DNA of 32,911 bases, from the NCBI GenBank assembly GCA_964495745.1, contig CAZBYM010000001.1, positions 1 through 32,911 on the forward strand, in the 5' to 3' direction. The stretch's first letter is position 1. The number at the start of each line of letters is the position of its first letter. The notes below the pieces were generated by a model, which was given only the letters and a program-made list of their open reading frames with translations, was not told the DNA's origin and did not search any database. Shown in pieces: positions 7,542 to 15,927 of the stretch. Origin of the DNA: an uncultured Chryseobacterium sp. (GTDB lineage: Bacteria > Bacteroidota > Bacteroidia > Palsa-965). The position numbers and the translations under genes were made by a program.

Positions 7542-10178
7542 GTGAAATACACGATCAAATCATATCATTTTGTTCTGGCACTATTTGTTGTGGCAGTAAT
7601 CGCTGCGTGCTCAACCACGAAGAACACCTGGGTTACGCGCACGTATCATAACATTAACGCCAAGTACAACGGCTTCTTCTATGCAAAAGAAAGCATGAAG
7701 GATGCGAACGACAAAATCGTTAAAACTTACGAAGACGACTATTCGCAACTCCTTCCTGTTTTTCAGATTCCAAATACTCCTGCTTCCAAAGGCTGCTATA
7801 CCGATCTGGAAAAAGCAATCAAGAAAGCAACACTTGTTATCGAACGCCATGCAATTACCAACAAGTCTGGAATTGAAGTTGCCGGTGCAGTGAAGTGGAT
7901 TGACGAAAACTATTTGATCATTGGTCAGGCGCATTATTACAAACAGGAATTTATTCCTGCGTTGGAAATTTTTGAATACATCATTAACAAGTATCCGAAA
8001 AATCCTACGCAAAGTCTTGCCATCATGTGGAAGGCCCGCACCCTGATTCAACTAGGAGATTTCACTGGCGCAGAAGGTCAACTCGATGTTGTTGCGAACG
8101 ACAAGTCATTAACAGATGCGCAACAAGGAGAAGTCAAAGCAACGTATGCCGATTTATATATTCACACAGGCAATTATCCGAACGCGATAAAATATCTGGA
8201 AGAAGCAATTCCGCTCACGAAGAAAAAGAAGACGCGCGCACGTTACATGTTCATCCTTGCGCAACTTTATGAAATTACGGGTAACAACAAAAAAGCTGCA
8301 GATTATTTTGGAGATGTAATCAGTCTCAATCCGAATTATGATATGCTTTTCAACGCGAAGTTAAATCGCGCAAGATTAAGCGCGTCTACTGCGACGAACC
8401 GGAATGCTGCCAAGAAAGAGCTTGAGCGGATGTTGACCGATGAGAAGAATAAAGAATACAAAGATCAGATCTATTATACACTTGCGCAGTTAGAACAATC
8501 AGGAAATAACAAAGCGGGTGCGATTGCTTTTTACAAACTTTCGGTTGCAAGTAGTTTCGGGAACAACAAACAAAAAGCAATTTCCTTTCTTGCTCTTGGC
8601 GATATTAGTTTTGCCGATCAGGATTATTTGCAAGCCGGAGCTTATTACGATAGTACCATGATGTTCCTTCCGAAAGATTACAAAGGATACAATTCTATCA
8701 GCGATAAGAAGAAAAATCTTGGCAACCTGATTAAGTACCTTAATATTATTTCGAAAGAAGACAGTTTGCAGAAAGTAGTGAATGTGTATGGAGGCGACAC
8801 GACAACATTATACGCATACATCGACAAGAAAATTGAGGCTGCAAAAAAAGAAGAAGAAAGAAAGAAGAAAGAGCTCGAAGACAGAATGAACGGTGGCAAT
8901 AATATGATTGGCTTGAATCCGAATACGCCAAATACTCCTAATCAACCAGCTGGTCAATGGTATTTTTACAATCCGAGCACAGTAGGATTTGGGGTCAGCG
9001 AATTTACCCGCAAGTGGGGCAATCGTAAACTGGAAGATAATTGGAGACGAGGCAACAAAGAAACTTTAATTGAGGAAGAAGATCCGGAATCGAAAGACAC
9101 TGCGAAAGGAGCAACAAAAAAACTTGCGTCTGATCAGTCTCGTGATTTTTATCTTCGCGAATTGCCATTGACCAAAGAGAAGATGGAGAAATCCAACGAG
9201 GCTCTTGCTGATGCGTATTACAATCTTGGTTCGATCTACAAAGATCAAATGAACAACTTGCCAAAAGCATCTGAAACATTTGAAGCGCTTTGTGTGCGAT
9301 TCCCGAATCATAAATATGCTTTAGCTTCTCATTTTCAATTGTACCGTATTTATCAGAAGACAGGAAATAAAGTCAAGGAAAAAGAACATAGCGATTTCAT
9401 CTGCAAGAATCATCCACAAAGCGATTATTGCCAGTTGATCACTAATCCGGAGCATGAATTAAACATCCTGGCCGAACGTGAAAAAGTCCGCGTGTATTAT
9501 GATTCAACGTACCAGGAATACACACGCAGAAATTTTGCAAGCGTTGTTGTTCGTAGCAATTATGCTGATTCAATTTTCGGAACCAAGCACGAGCATGCGG
9601 CGAAGTTCGCTTATATCCGCGCATTGAGTCTTGGCAAAACACAAGGAACTCCTCAAATGGAAAGCGCGCTTGTGAAACTGATTGACAATTTTCCGAAAGA
9701 CCCAATTCGACCTACTGCACAATCGATGTTGGACTTTATCCGCAAATCAAAAAGCGGAGTGGGCAACACCAACCCTATTGACACGGCTGGTAACGCGAAA
9801 GCCTCTTATGCTTCCAACGATAAAGTTGAGTTTCAATACATGGTAATTGTTCAGACCGGCAAGGGCGATCTCAATAAATTCAAAGCGGCACTTTCCGATT
9901 TTAACACTGCAAATTACGGCTCAACACAACTTTCGATTTCCGCTATGGTAGTCGATCCTGCGCGTCAAGCAATAATGGTCAATAAGTTTGCCGATCAATC
10001 TGCCGCAATGGCTTATTATAATAATCTCAAGTCGCACCCCGAAATTTTCGCTTGGCTCGGAGCTGGTACATTTCAGGCAATGGTGATTTCCACAGAAAAC
10101 ATCCCGCTCTTCCTTAAAAACAAGGATGTAGAAGGATACAAGAAGTTTTTTGATGAGAATATATTGAATAAGAAGTAG
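7542..10178 (+). CDS. porW: TPR-repeat lipoprotein, probably the T9SS / gliding component PorW (SprE)
   Basis: 878 aa with a lipobox (VIAAC), then STTKNTWVTRTYHNINAKYNGFFYA, which matches my memory of the SprE/PorW N-terminus. It has multiple TPR-like segments and a size typical of the family (about 870 aa). The family call was not verified by search. Confidence 0.6.
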   Translation: MKYTIKSYHFVLALFVVAVIAACSTTKNTWVTRTYHNINAKYNGFFYAKESMKDANDKIVKTYEDDYSQLLPVFQIPNTPASKGCYTDLEKAIKKATLVIERHAITNKSGIEVAGAVKWIDENYLIIGQAHYYKQEFIPALEIFEYIINKYPKNPTQSLAIMWKARTLIQLGDFTGAEGQLDVVANDKSLTDAQQGEVKATYADLYIHTGNYPNAIKYLEEAIPLTKKKKTRARYMFILAQLYEITGNNKKAADYFGDVISLNPNYDMLFNAKLNRARLSASTATNRNAAKKELERMLTDEKNKEYKDQIYYTLAQLEQSGNNKAGAIAFYKLSVASSFGNNKQKAISFLALGDISFADQDYLQAGAYYDSTMMFLPKDYKGYNSISDKKKNLGNLIKYLNIISKEDSLQKVVNVYGGDTTTLYAYIDKKIEAAKKEEERKKKELEDRMNGGNNMIGLNPNTPNTPNQPAGQWYFYNPSTVGFGVSEFTRKWGNRKLEDNWRRGNKETLIEEEDPESKDTAKGATKKLASDQSRDFYLRELPLTKEKMEKSNEALADAYYNLGSIYKDQMNNLPKASETFEALCVRFPNHKYALASHFQLYRIYQKTGNKVKEKEHSDFICKNHPQSDYCQLITNPEHELNILAEREKVRVYYDSTYQEYTRRNFASVVVRSNYADSIFGTKHEHAAKFAYIRALSLGKTQGTPQMESALVKLIDNFPKDPIRPTAQSMLDFIRKSKSGVGNTNPIDTAGNAKASYASNDKVEFQYMVIVQTGKGDLNKFKAALSDFNTANYGSTQLSISAMVVDPARQAIMVNKFADQSAAMAYYNNLKSHPEIFAWLGAGTFQAMVISTENIPLFLKNKDVEGYKKFFDENILNKK

Positions 10179-10355
10179 GCAGTAGCAATCAGCAGTAACG
10201 AGCAGACTGCCGACTGAACCTGACGACTGCCTACTGGTTTATCAACACCCGTCAATAACTCTTCATTGCACGTTACACTTCAATAATTAACTTTACCACA
10301 TCGGACCGAATGGCAATTAGCCTACTCGTCTACTTTTAAACTCGCCTACTGCCTC

Positions 10356-10781
10356 ATGTTCAACAACAACAAAAACAATAGCCCCATGCGCAATGCCACT
10401 CCCGATTCAGGAACTGTAAACATTATTGGAGCAGGAACTAGTATTGAAGGTGATGTAGTGTCTGGAGGAGATATTCGCATTGATGGCAACCTCAAAGGAA
10501 CACTTCGCACAAGAGGAAAACTTGTGGTTGGACCGACCGGAACAATTGAAGGCGAAGTGACATGCCAGAATGCAGATGTTTCTGGAAATGTCCGTGGGAA
10601 AATCACCGTAACAGAACTTCTCGCACTCAAGACTTCCGCGAAAATAAATGGTGAAATCACTACGGGAAAATTGGCAATTGAACCAGGCGCCGACTTCTCC
10701 GGATCATGCAGCATGGGCGGTGTTGTTAAAGACATCCAGCATGAGCAGCAAGAATCCAAACTCGCCGAAAAAACAGCCTAA
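10356..10781 (+). CDS. Bactofilin-family (polymer-forming cytoskeletal) protein
   Basis: 141 aa with beta-helix-type repeats (IEGDVVSGGDIRIDGNLKGTL..GKLVVGPTGTIEGEVTCQNADVSGNVRGKITV..INGEITTGKLAIEPGADFSG) typical of DUF583/bactofilin. Confidence 0.85.
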   Translation: MFNNNKNNSPMRNATPDSGTVNIIGAGTSIEGDVVSGGDIRIDGNLKGTLRTRGKLVVGPTGTIEGEVTCQNADVSGNVRGKITVTELLALKTSAKINGEITTGKLAIEPGADFSGSCSMGGVVKDIQHEQQESKLAEKTA

Positions 10782-10974
10782 CGATTTAGGCAAATACGCA
10801 GGAATGGCCACTACAATGGCCGTCATTATCTGTGGAGGAACTTTCGGCGGAAGATGGCTCGACATGCACTATCCGCTAACAGAAAAACTGCCCGTTTACA
10901 CTTTAGTGCTTTCGCTTGCATCCGTTTTTGGCGCGATGTGGTATTTCATTCGCGACTTTGTTAAGAAGAAATAA
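10741..10974 (+). CDS. AtpZ/AtpI-family small membrane protein (F-ATPase accessory)
   Basis: Internal ATG of track ORF 10648..10974. The product MSSKNPNSPKKQPNDLGKYAGMATTMAVIICGGTFGGRWLD.. has two TM helices, the usual AtpZ layout. It overlaps the bactofilin 3' end by 41 nt in another frame. Confidence 0.65.
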   Translation: MSSKNPNSPKKQPNDLGKYAGMATTMAVIICGGTFGGRWLDMHYPLTEKLPVYTLVLSLASVFGAMWYFIRDFVKKK

Positions 10975-11035
10975 TTCATGACGTGATTTAAGTAACTTCC
11001 ACTTGCAATTCCGTTACAACGATATTCATCGGAAC

Positions 11036-11704
11036 ATGAAGTACATAGTTGCGCTCGCATTAATTCTGACTACCGAACATCGGGCGCTTCGAGCTCAGGA
11101 TAGTCTTGCCCGTTCTTCTGACAGCATCAACTACAACAACATTATGTTGCACGCTGAAGTTGGATACACGAATTTCCATGCTTGGAAACTCAGTGATATG
11201 TTTATTCCTGGCGGTGGAAAAGAATTCCCGGCATTTACCACTGTCGGATTAGGGGGATTGATCAGCGCCGATTACGAAAAATTCAGATTTGAAGGGTATT
11301 ATGGATTCCACAACTTTCTTCCCTTTGACAATGACGCGATGATCGATGGGAGTTCTGTAAAAACCCGTTTGCGCGGATGGGAAGCGACGTATTCCAAATT
11401 TGGCGCCGATATTGTTCCTGCTAAACTCTTTGACGTTTCGGGTGCGCTTGGTTTTTACTTCGGCAATCTAAAACTCGATTGGAACAATCGGAGATACACG
11501 AATCCATTCGTTGCTCCAATGGCAAAGATCGACCTACGTGTAAACCTCTGGAGAATTTCCGTTGGTGCTCGCGCTGCATATAGGTATGACATTACTTATG
11601 GTAACTGGAAGCGAAAATCTTATGGGATGGCTGTCTTGCCCGAGTATAAATTCCGTGAATTCCAGTGCATGGTTTTCGTTGGATGGATTATTCTATCCCA
11701 ATAA
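11036..11704 (+). CDS. Hypothetical secreted protein, paralog A (possible outer-membrane beta-barrel)
   Basis: Internal ATG of track ORF 11003..11704 gives the signal peptide MKYIVALALILT... It shares YTNPFVAP..(L/I)R....ISxGARAxYRYDIT...WKRK...VLPxYK with the next gene. Alternating aromatic/glycine strands suggest a beta-rich fold. Confidence 0.6.
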   Translation: MKYIVALALILTTEHRALRAQDSLARSSDSINYNNIMLHAEVGYTNFHAWKLSDMFIPGGGKEFPAFTTVGLGGLISADYEKFRFEGYYGFHNFLPFDNDAMIDGSSVKTRLRGWEATYSKFGADIVPAKLFDVSGALGFYFGNLKLDWNNRRYTNPFVAPMAKIDLRVNLWRISVGARAAYRYDITYGNWKRKSYGMAVLPEYKFREFQCMVFVGWIILSQ

Positions 11705-11775
11705 TTACATGATGACAAATTCCTCCAAACACAATTATTAATTTATCTTGGCTGGAAATTCATCGACAACTAAGC

Positions 11776-12540
11776 ATGAGAAACATTTTTACTTCCCTCG
11801 GTATTTTTTTTATCACCAGTTCACTCGTAGCACAAGGAGGAAATCAATCTGCATTTTCCGGAAATAAAGACATTCCAAAACTTGATTTGCATTTGCAGAA
11901 TCCTGCTCCCGATAAATCAAAATTCATGGAGGATAACAAAGAAGGCCGAGCATTGGCGTTTGGATACTTTGATTTCGATTCGAAAAATCTAAATTCTTTC
12001 CTTGACACAACAAGTAGTGTGAACAGCACATTCGCGTCAAACTACATGGGGATTTCTCTTGATAATTTCTCCAATAATGGAAAACACTACGATGGAATTT
12101 CAGGTGTTTCGTTTCTCATTCCACAAACTGTAACCGCAGGAACAAATGATTCTTTGAAATTAAAAATGGGTGGGTGGCACTTGACAACGAGTTTGTTTGG
12201 TTACGACATTATCAATGGAGAAATTGTGACGCTTGCAATTGCACCAGCTATTTCATGGGGAAATCTTAAAATGCGCAGAGAAGTCGCGGGACAAAAAACA
12301 AAATACACGAATCCGTTTGTTGCCCCGGGCGGACGAGTTGAACTGCGTTTCACGTTCGGAAAAATTTCGATTGGTGCGCGTGCGACATATCGTTATGACA
12401 TCACAAAATCGCTGTGGAAAAGAAAAGACGATATGATGACAGTGTTACCGGGATACAAAAACAATGGATTGGCGTATTTCGGTTATATCGGATTGACCGT
12501 TGGCGGGAAAAGCAATAAAGTTGAAAAGAAGCTGCCATAA
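11776..12540 (+). CDS. Hypothetical secreted protein, paralog B of 11036..11704
   Basis: 254 aa with signal peptide MRNIFTSLGIFFITSSLVAQ. The C-terminal half is clearly homologous to the upstream gene (KYTNPFVAPGGRVELRFTFGKISIGARATYRYDITKSLWKRK). Confidence 0.65.
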   Translation: MRNIFTSLGIFFITSSLVAQGGNQSAFSGNKDIPKLDLHLQNPAPDKSKFMEDNKEGRALAFGYFDFDSKNLNSFLDTTSSVNSTFASNYMGISLDNFSNNGKHYDGISGVSFLIPQTVTAGTNDSLKLKMGGWHLTTSLFGYDIINGEIVTLAIAPAISWGNLKMRREVAGQKTKYTNPFVAPGGRVELRFTFGKISIGARATYRYDITKSLWKRKDDMMTVLPGYKNNGLAYFGYIGLTVGGKSNKVEKKLP

Positions 12541-12603
12541 ACACAGCGGACTTTGACACCATTAGGTCGTATTCGGTTTCGTCACTAGTAGTATCTTCGC
12601 GTC

Positions 12604-12990
12604 ATGAATCCAAAGACCCGATTTGCAATTGTTTACTGTCTGTTTCTGGCGGTAATTGGAGGTCTGTTTTTCCTCTACAATTCGACCGTAAATCCCGAAT
12701 ACACACATCCTTACGGTTGGATCAGCTTCTCGGTTTTTGCAGGTGTAACAGGCATTGTACATTTGGTTTTGCTGAATGCCGCTGAAAAAGATCCAAAAGC
12801 TTTTGTTCGTGGGTTCATGGCGGCCAATACGATCAAGATATTCGTTTATCTCGCTTTCCTTGTAGTATTTGTGTTGGTCGAAAAAACCAAACCTGTCGTT
12901 TTCATTGCAGAGTTCGCGGTATTCTATCTCGTATTTACTGTGTTTGAAACCAGTTTGTTATACCGATATCTCCGCCCAATTCAGAAATAA
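12604..12990 (+). CDS. Small four-TM membrane protein directly upstream of atpB (AtpI-like position; family not recognised)
   Basis: 128 aa with four hydrophobic segments, on the same strand as the atp genes. Confidence 0.55.
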   Translation: MNPKTRFAIVYCLFLAVIGGLFFLYNSTVNPEYTHPYGWISFSVFAGVTGIVHLVLLNAAEKDPKAFVRGFMAANTIKIFVYLAFLVVFVLVEKTKPVVFIAEFAVFYLVFTVFETSLLYRYLRPIQK

Positions 12991-12997
12991 ACGTCGC

Positions 12998-13046
12998 GTC
13001 TGCCTTCAACCGTCTCATGTCTCGTTTCTCAAGTCTCATGTCTCGA
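12998..13046 (+). repeat. Degenerate 7-nt tandem units (KTCTCNN) upstream of the atpB promoter
   Basis: Units: gtctgcc ttcaacc gtctcat gtctcgt ttctcaa gtctcat gtctcga, in register. Confidence 0.75.
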
Positions 13047-13110
13047 AAACTCTTCGACGATCTGTTCAAATTATCTGATCAAAATCACTTCTTCAACTCA
13101 AAATAATACC

Positions 13111-13118
13111 TAAGTTTG
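13111..13118 (+). promoter_or_regulatory. -7 box TAnnTTTG (taagtttg) upstream of atpB
   Basis: The sequence reads atacctaagtttgcacg 52 nt upstream of the ATG at 13170, a perfect consensus match. Confidence 0.45.
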
Positions 13119-13169
13119 CACGCGAAATTCAGGATGGTCTCCTGTTGCTACATAAAACACTGATAGTCA

Positions 13170-14372
13170 ATGCGTTTTAATGCGATTTCTACCCGAATAA
13201 CTACCTTCATTTTGGCACTACTCGTGCCCGCCGTTTGTTTCGCTTACGACCCGGAAGCTGCTAACGATTCTACCCACAAGGATTCTACGCATTCCAGTAC
13301 TGCTCCCGATGCACATCATGCAGAATCAACAGCATTCAATCCGGGAGAAATGATTGTGGAGCACATTTCAGATGCACACGAATGGCATCTTTGGGGACAT
13401 ACACACATGCCGCTTCCTGTAATTCTGAAAACTGATAAAGGCTGGGAGTTTTTCTCATCTGGAAATTTTCGAAGTGGCGAACATCACGAACTTGGAGCAT
13501 ATCAGGGGACGCATTACGCTTACAAACTGAATGAGAAGGGGAAAATTGTGATTTGGGATACGCTTGCTGATAAAGAAAATCAGAATGCAACTCCATTGCT
13601 CACTGATCTCTCGATCACAAAAAACGTAGCCACGTTATTTATTGTAATGGCTCTGATGTTGTGGATATTCCTGAGCATCGCAAAAGCATACAAGAGAAAT
13701 CCAGGCACGGCTCCAAAAGGTATGCAGTCATTTATGGAGCCGTTGATCATGTTCATCCGTGACGATGTTGCCAAATCAAGTATTGGGCCGAAGTATGAAA
13801 AGTACATGCCGTATTTATTGACAGTGTTTTTCTTTATTCTTTTCTCAAATCTTCTCGGTTTGATTCCGATTTTCCCTGGAGGCGCAAACTTCACCGGCAA
13901 TATTACAATTGCACTTTCACTGGCGGCATTCACTTTCATTATCACTCTCATTAGTGCTAACGGACATTACTGGCGTCACGTTTTTGCAATGCCGGGCGTT
14001 CCAATTGGCGTTCTTTTCATTCTTACGCCAATCGAAATTCTTGGAGTTGTATTGAAGCCATTTGTATTGATGATTCGATTGTTCGCGAACATCACTGCGG
14101 GCCACATCATCGCACTTGCATTTTTCTGTATGATTTTCATTTTCAGTAAAGACCCGGTAACGGGAGCAGAAAATCCAGGTGCTGGTTTTGGTGTAGGAAT
14201 TTTTTCATGGCTATTTGTTGTTTTCATGACCTTTCTTGAATTGCTTGTTGCTTTTCTTCAGGCGTATGTTTTCACGCTGTTGTCCGCAATTTATTTTGGA
14301 TCAGCAGTAGAGGAAAGCCATCATGTGAATGAAGATTTTGACGGGCTTCCGAACACTCAACACGCTCATTAA
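13170..14372 (+). CDS. atpB: F0F1 ATP synthase subunit a, with the long N-terminal extension common in Bacteroidota
   Basis: 400 aa. It carries the conserved LMIRLFANITAGH motif (essential Arg) and multiple TM helices, and is followed by atpE. Confidence 0.92.
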   Translation: MRFNAISTRITTFILALLVPAVCFAYDPEAANDSTHKDSTHSSTAPDAHHAESTAFNPGEMIVEHISDAHEWHLWGHTHMPLPVILKTDKGWEFFSSGNFRSGEHHELGAYQGTHYAYKLNEKGKIVIWDTLADKENQNATPLLTDLSITKNVATLFIVMALMLWIFLSIAKAYKRNPGTAPKGMQSFMEPLIMFIRDDVAKSSIGPKYEKYMPYLLTVFFFILFSNLLGLIPIFPGGANFTGNITIALSLAAFTFIITLISANGHYWRHVFAMPGVPIGVLFILTPIEILGVVLKPFVLMIRLFANITAGHIIALAFFCMIFIFSKDPVTGAENPGAGFGVGIFSWLFVVFMTFLELLVAFLQAYVFTLLSAIYFGSAVEESHHVNEDFDGLPNTQHAH

Positions 14373-14432
14373 TTGAGAATTGATAATCGGAAATTGATAG
14401 TTTTTAATTGTAATTGTTTAACCTAAAAATAA

Positions 14433-14702
<270 letters not shown>

Positions 14703-14718
14703 CCACTGTCAGAATTTT

Positions 14719-14760
14719 CCTGCCGCTTGCGCGGTTGGCTCAAGCGGCAGGATTTTTATT
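14719..14760 (+). terminator. Intrinsic terminator / attenuator hairpin between atpE and atpF
   Basis: cctgccgctt-(13-nt loop)-aagcggcagg, a 10-bp perfect stem followed by atttttatt, 17 nt after the atpE stop. Confidence 0.6.
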
Positions 14761-14805
14761 GAGATTGAGACTTTTTTATTAAAACATATCACAAAAATTT
14801 AGCTC

Positions 14806-15300
14806 ATGGGACTTGTAACACCTGAATTTGGTTTGCTCTTCTGGATGCTGTTATCCTTCCTGACCGTTCTGGTAATTCTTCGCAAATATGCTTGGAAGCC
14901 GATTCTCAAAACGATCAAAGACCGTGAAGATTCTATCACAACGGCTTTGCAATCGGCTGAGAATGCAAAAGCAGAAATGAATAACCTGAAGTCAGAAAAC
15001 GAAAAAATTCTGCAACAGGCACGTAACGAGCGCGACATCATGATCAAAGAAGCACGAGAGATTCGCGAGAGCATGATCGCGGAAGCAAAAGGAAAAGCGA
15101 AAACAGAAGGCGAAAAAATGATTACGGCAGCTCGCGAAAGTATTCAGAATGAAAAGATGGCTGCAATCACTGACCTGAAAAACCAAGTTGCTCAGTTATC
15201 AATTGACATAGCAGAGAAAATTATTGCACGCGAACTTTCTTCCGAAAACAAACAGAAAGAATTACTAGGCGATCTATTGAAAGAAGTTAAGCTCAACTAA
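14806..15300 (+). CDS. atpF: F0F1 ATP synthase subunit b
   Basis: 164 aa with one N-terminal TM helix, then a long charged helix (KAEMNNLKSENEKILQQARNERD..). Its position between atpE and atpH supports the call. Confidence 0.85.
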   Translation: MGLVTPEFGLLFWMLLSFLTVLVILRKYAWKPILKTIKDREDSITTALQSAENAKAEMNNLKSENEKILQQARNERDIMIKEAREIRESMIAEAKGKAKTEGEKMITAARESIQNEKMAAITDLKNQVAQLSIDIAEKIIARELSSENKQKELLGDLLKEVKLN

Positions 15301-15302
15301 TA

Positions 15303-15863
15303 ATGAAAGCATCAAGAGTTTCTCATCGCTACGCGAAATCACTGGTCGATTTGTCACTAGAAAAAGGACAACTCGAGCAAGTGCACGAAGACATGCGACT
15401 TGTACTTGATACAATTCAGGCCAATCATGATTTATCGATTGTATTGAGAAGTCCTGTAATCAACACCGACAAGAAACAGGAAATTCTGAAAGCTATTTTC
15501 GGTGGCCAGATCGGAGTAATCACCACCGAATTTCTGGATGTCATTACAAGAAAACGCCGTGAAGGAGAATTGGAAGCCATCGCTGACGCATTTATTTTCC
15601 AATATCGCAAACACAAACAAATTCTTACTGCTGTAATTACAACAGCACAAGGATTGGATGAAAATCTACGCAAGCGTGTGATGGAAATCGTGATGCAGAA
15701 TGCAACTGGAAATTCAGTGGAACTTATTGAAAAAACAGACAAGACTTTGCTTGGTGGATTTGTCCTCCGTGTTGGAGATAAACAAGTCGATGCATCAGTA
15801 ATTCGTCAGATCAGAAATTTAGAAAGAAACTTTAGCGAAAATCCATACATCAGCGAGATTTGA
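15303..15863 (+). CDS. atpH: F0F1 ATP synthase subunit delta (OSCP)
   Basis: 186 aa. N-terminal SRVSHRYAKSLVDLS and C-terminal LLGGFVLRVGDKQVDASV are typical of the delta subunit. It starts 2 nt after the atpF stop. Confidence 0.85.
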   Translation: MKASRVSHRYAKSLVDLSLEKGQLEQVHEDMRLVLDTIQANHDLSIVLRSPVINTDKKQEILKAIFGGQIGVITTEFLDVITRKRREGELEAIADAFIFQYRKHKQILTAVITTAQGLDENLRKRVMEIVMQNATGNSVELIEKTDKTLLGGFVLRVGDKQVDASVIRQIRNLERNFSENPYISEI

Positions 15864-15891
15864 GTCAGGGGTGTGCGTTAAATGCGCAACT

Positions 15892-15919
15892 CTCGTCTCC
15901 CGTCTTCTTGACTCTTAAC
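15892..15919 (+). repeat. Pyrimidine-rich 7-nt units upstream of atpA
   Basis: Units: ctcgtct cccgtct tcttgac tcttaac, in register. The array ends 8 nt before the atpA ATG. Confidence 0.55.
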
Positions 15920-15927
15920 TAAATAAA

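Noticed and set aside
10346-10759. A 137-aa minus-strand ORF mirroring the bactofilin gene.
   Set aside because: It is a shadow of the repetitive Gly/Val-rich bactofilin coding sequence, and its Pro/Ser-rich translation shows no family features.
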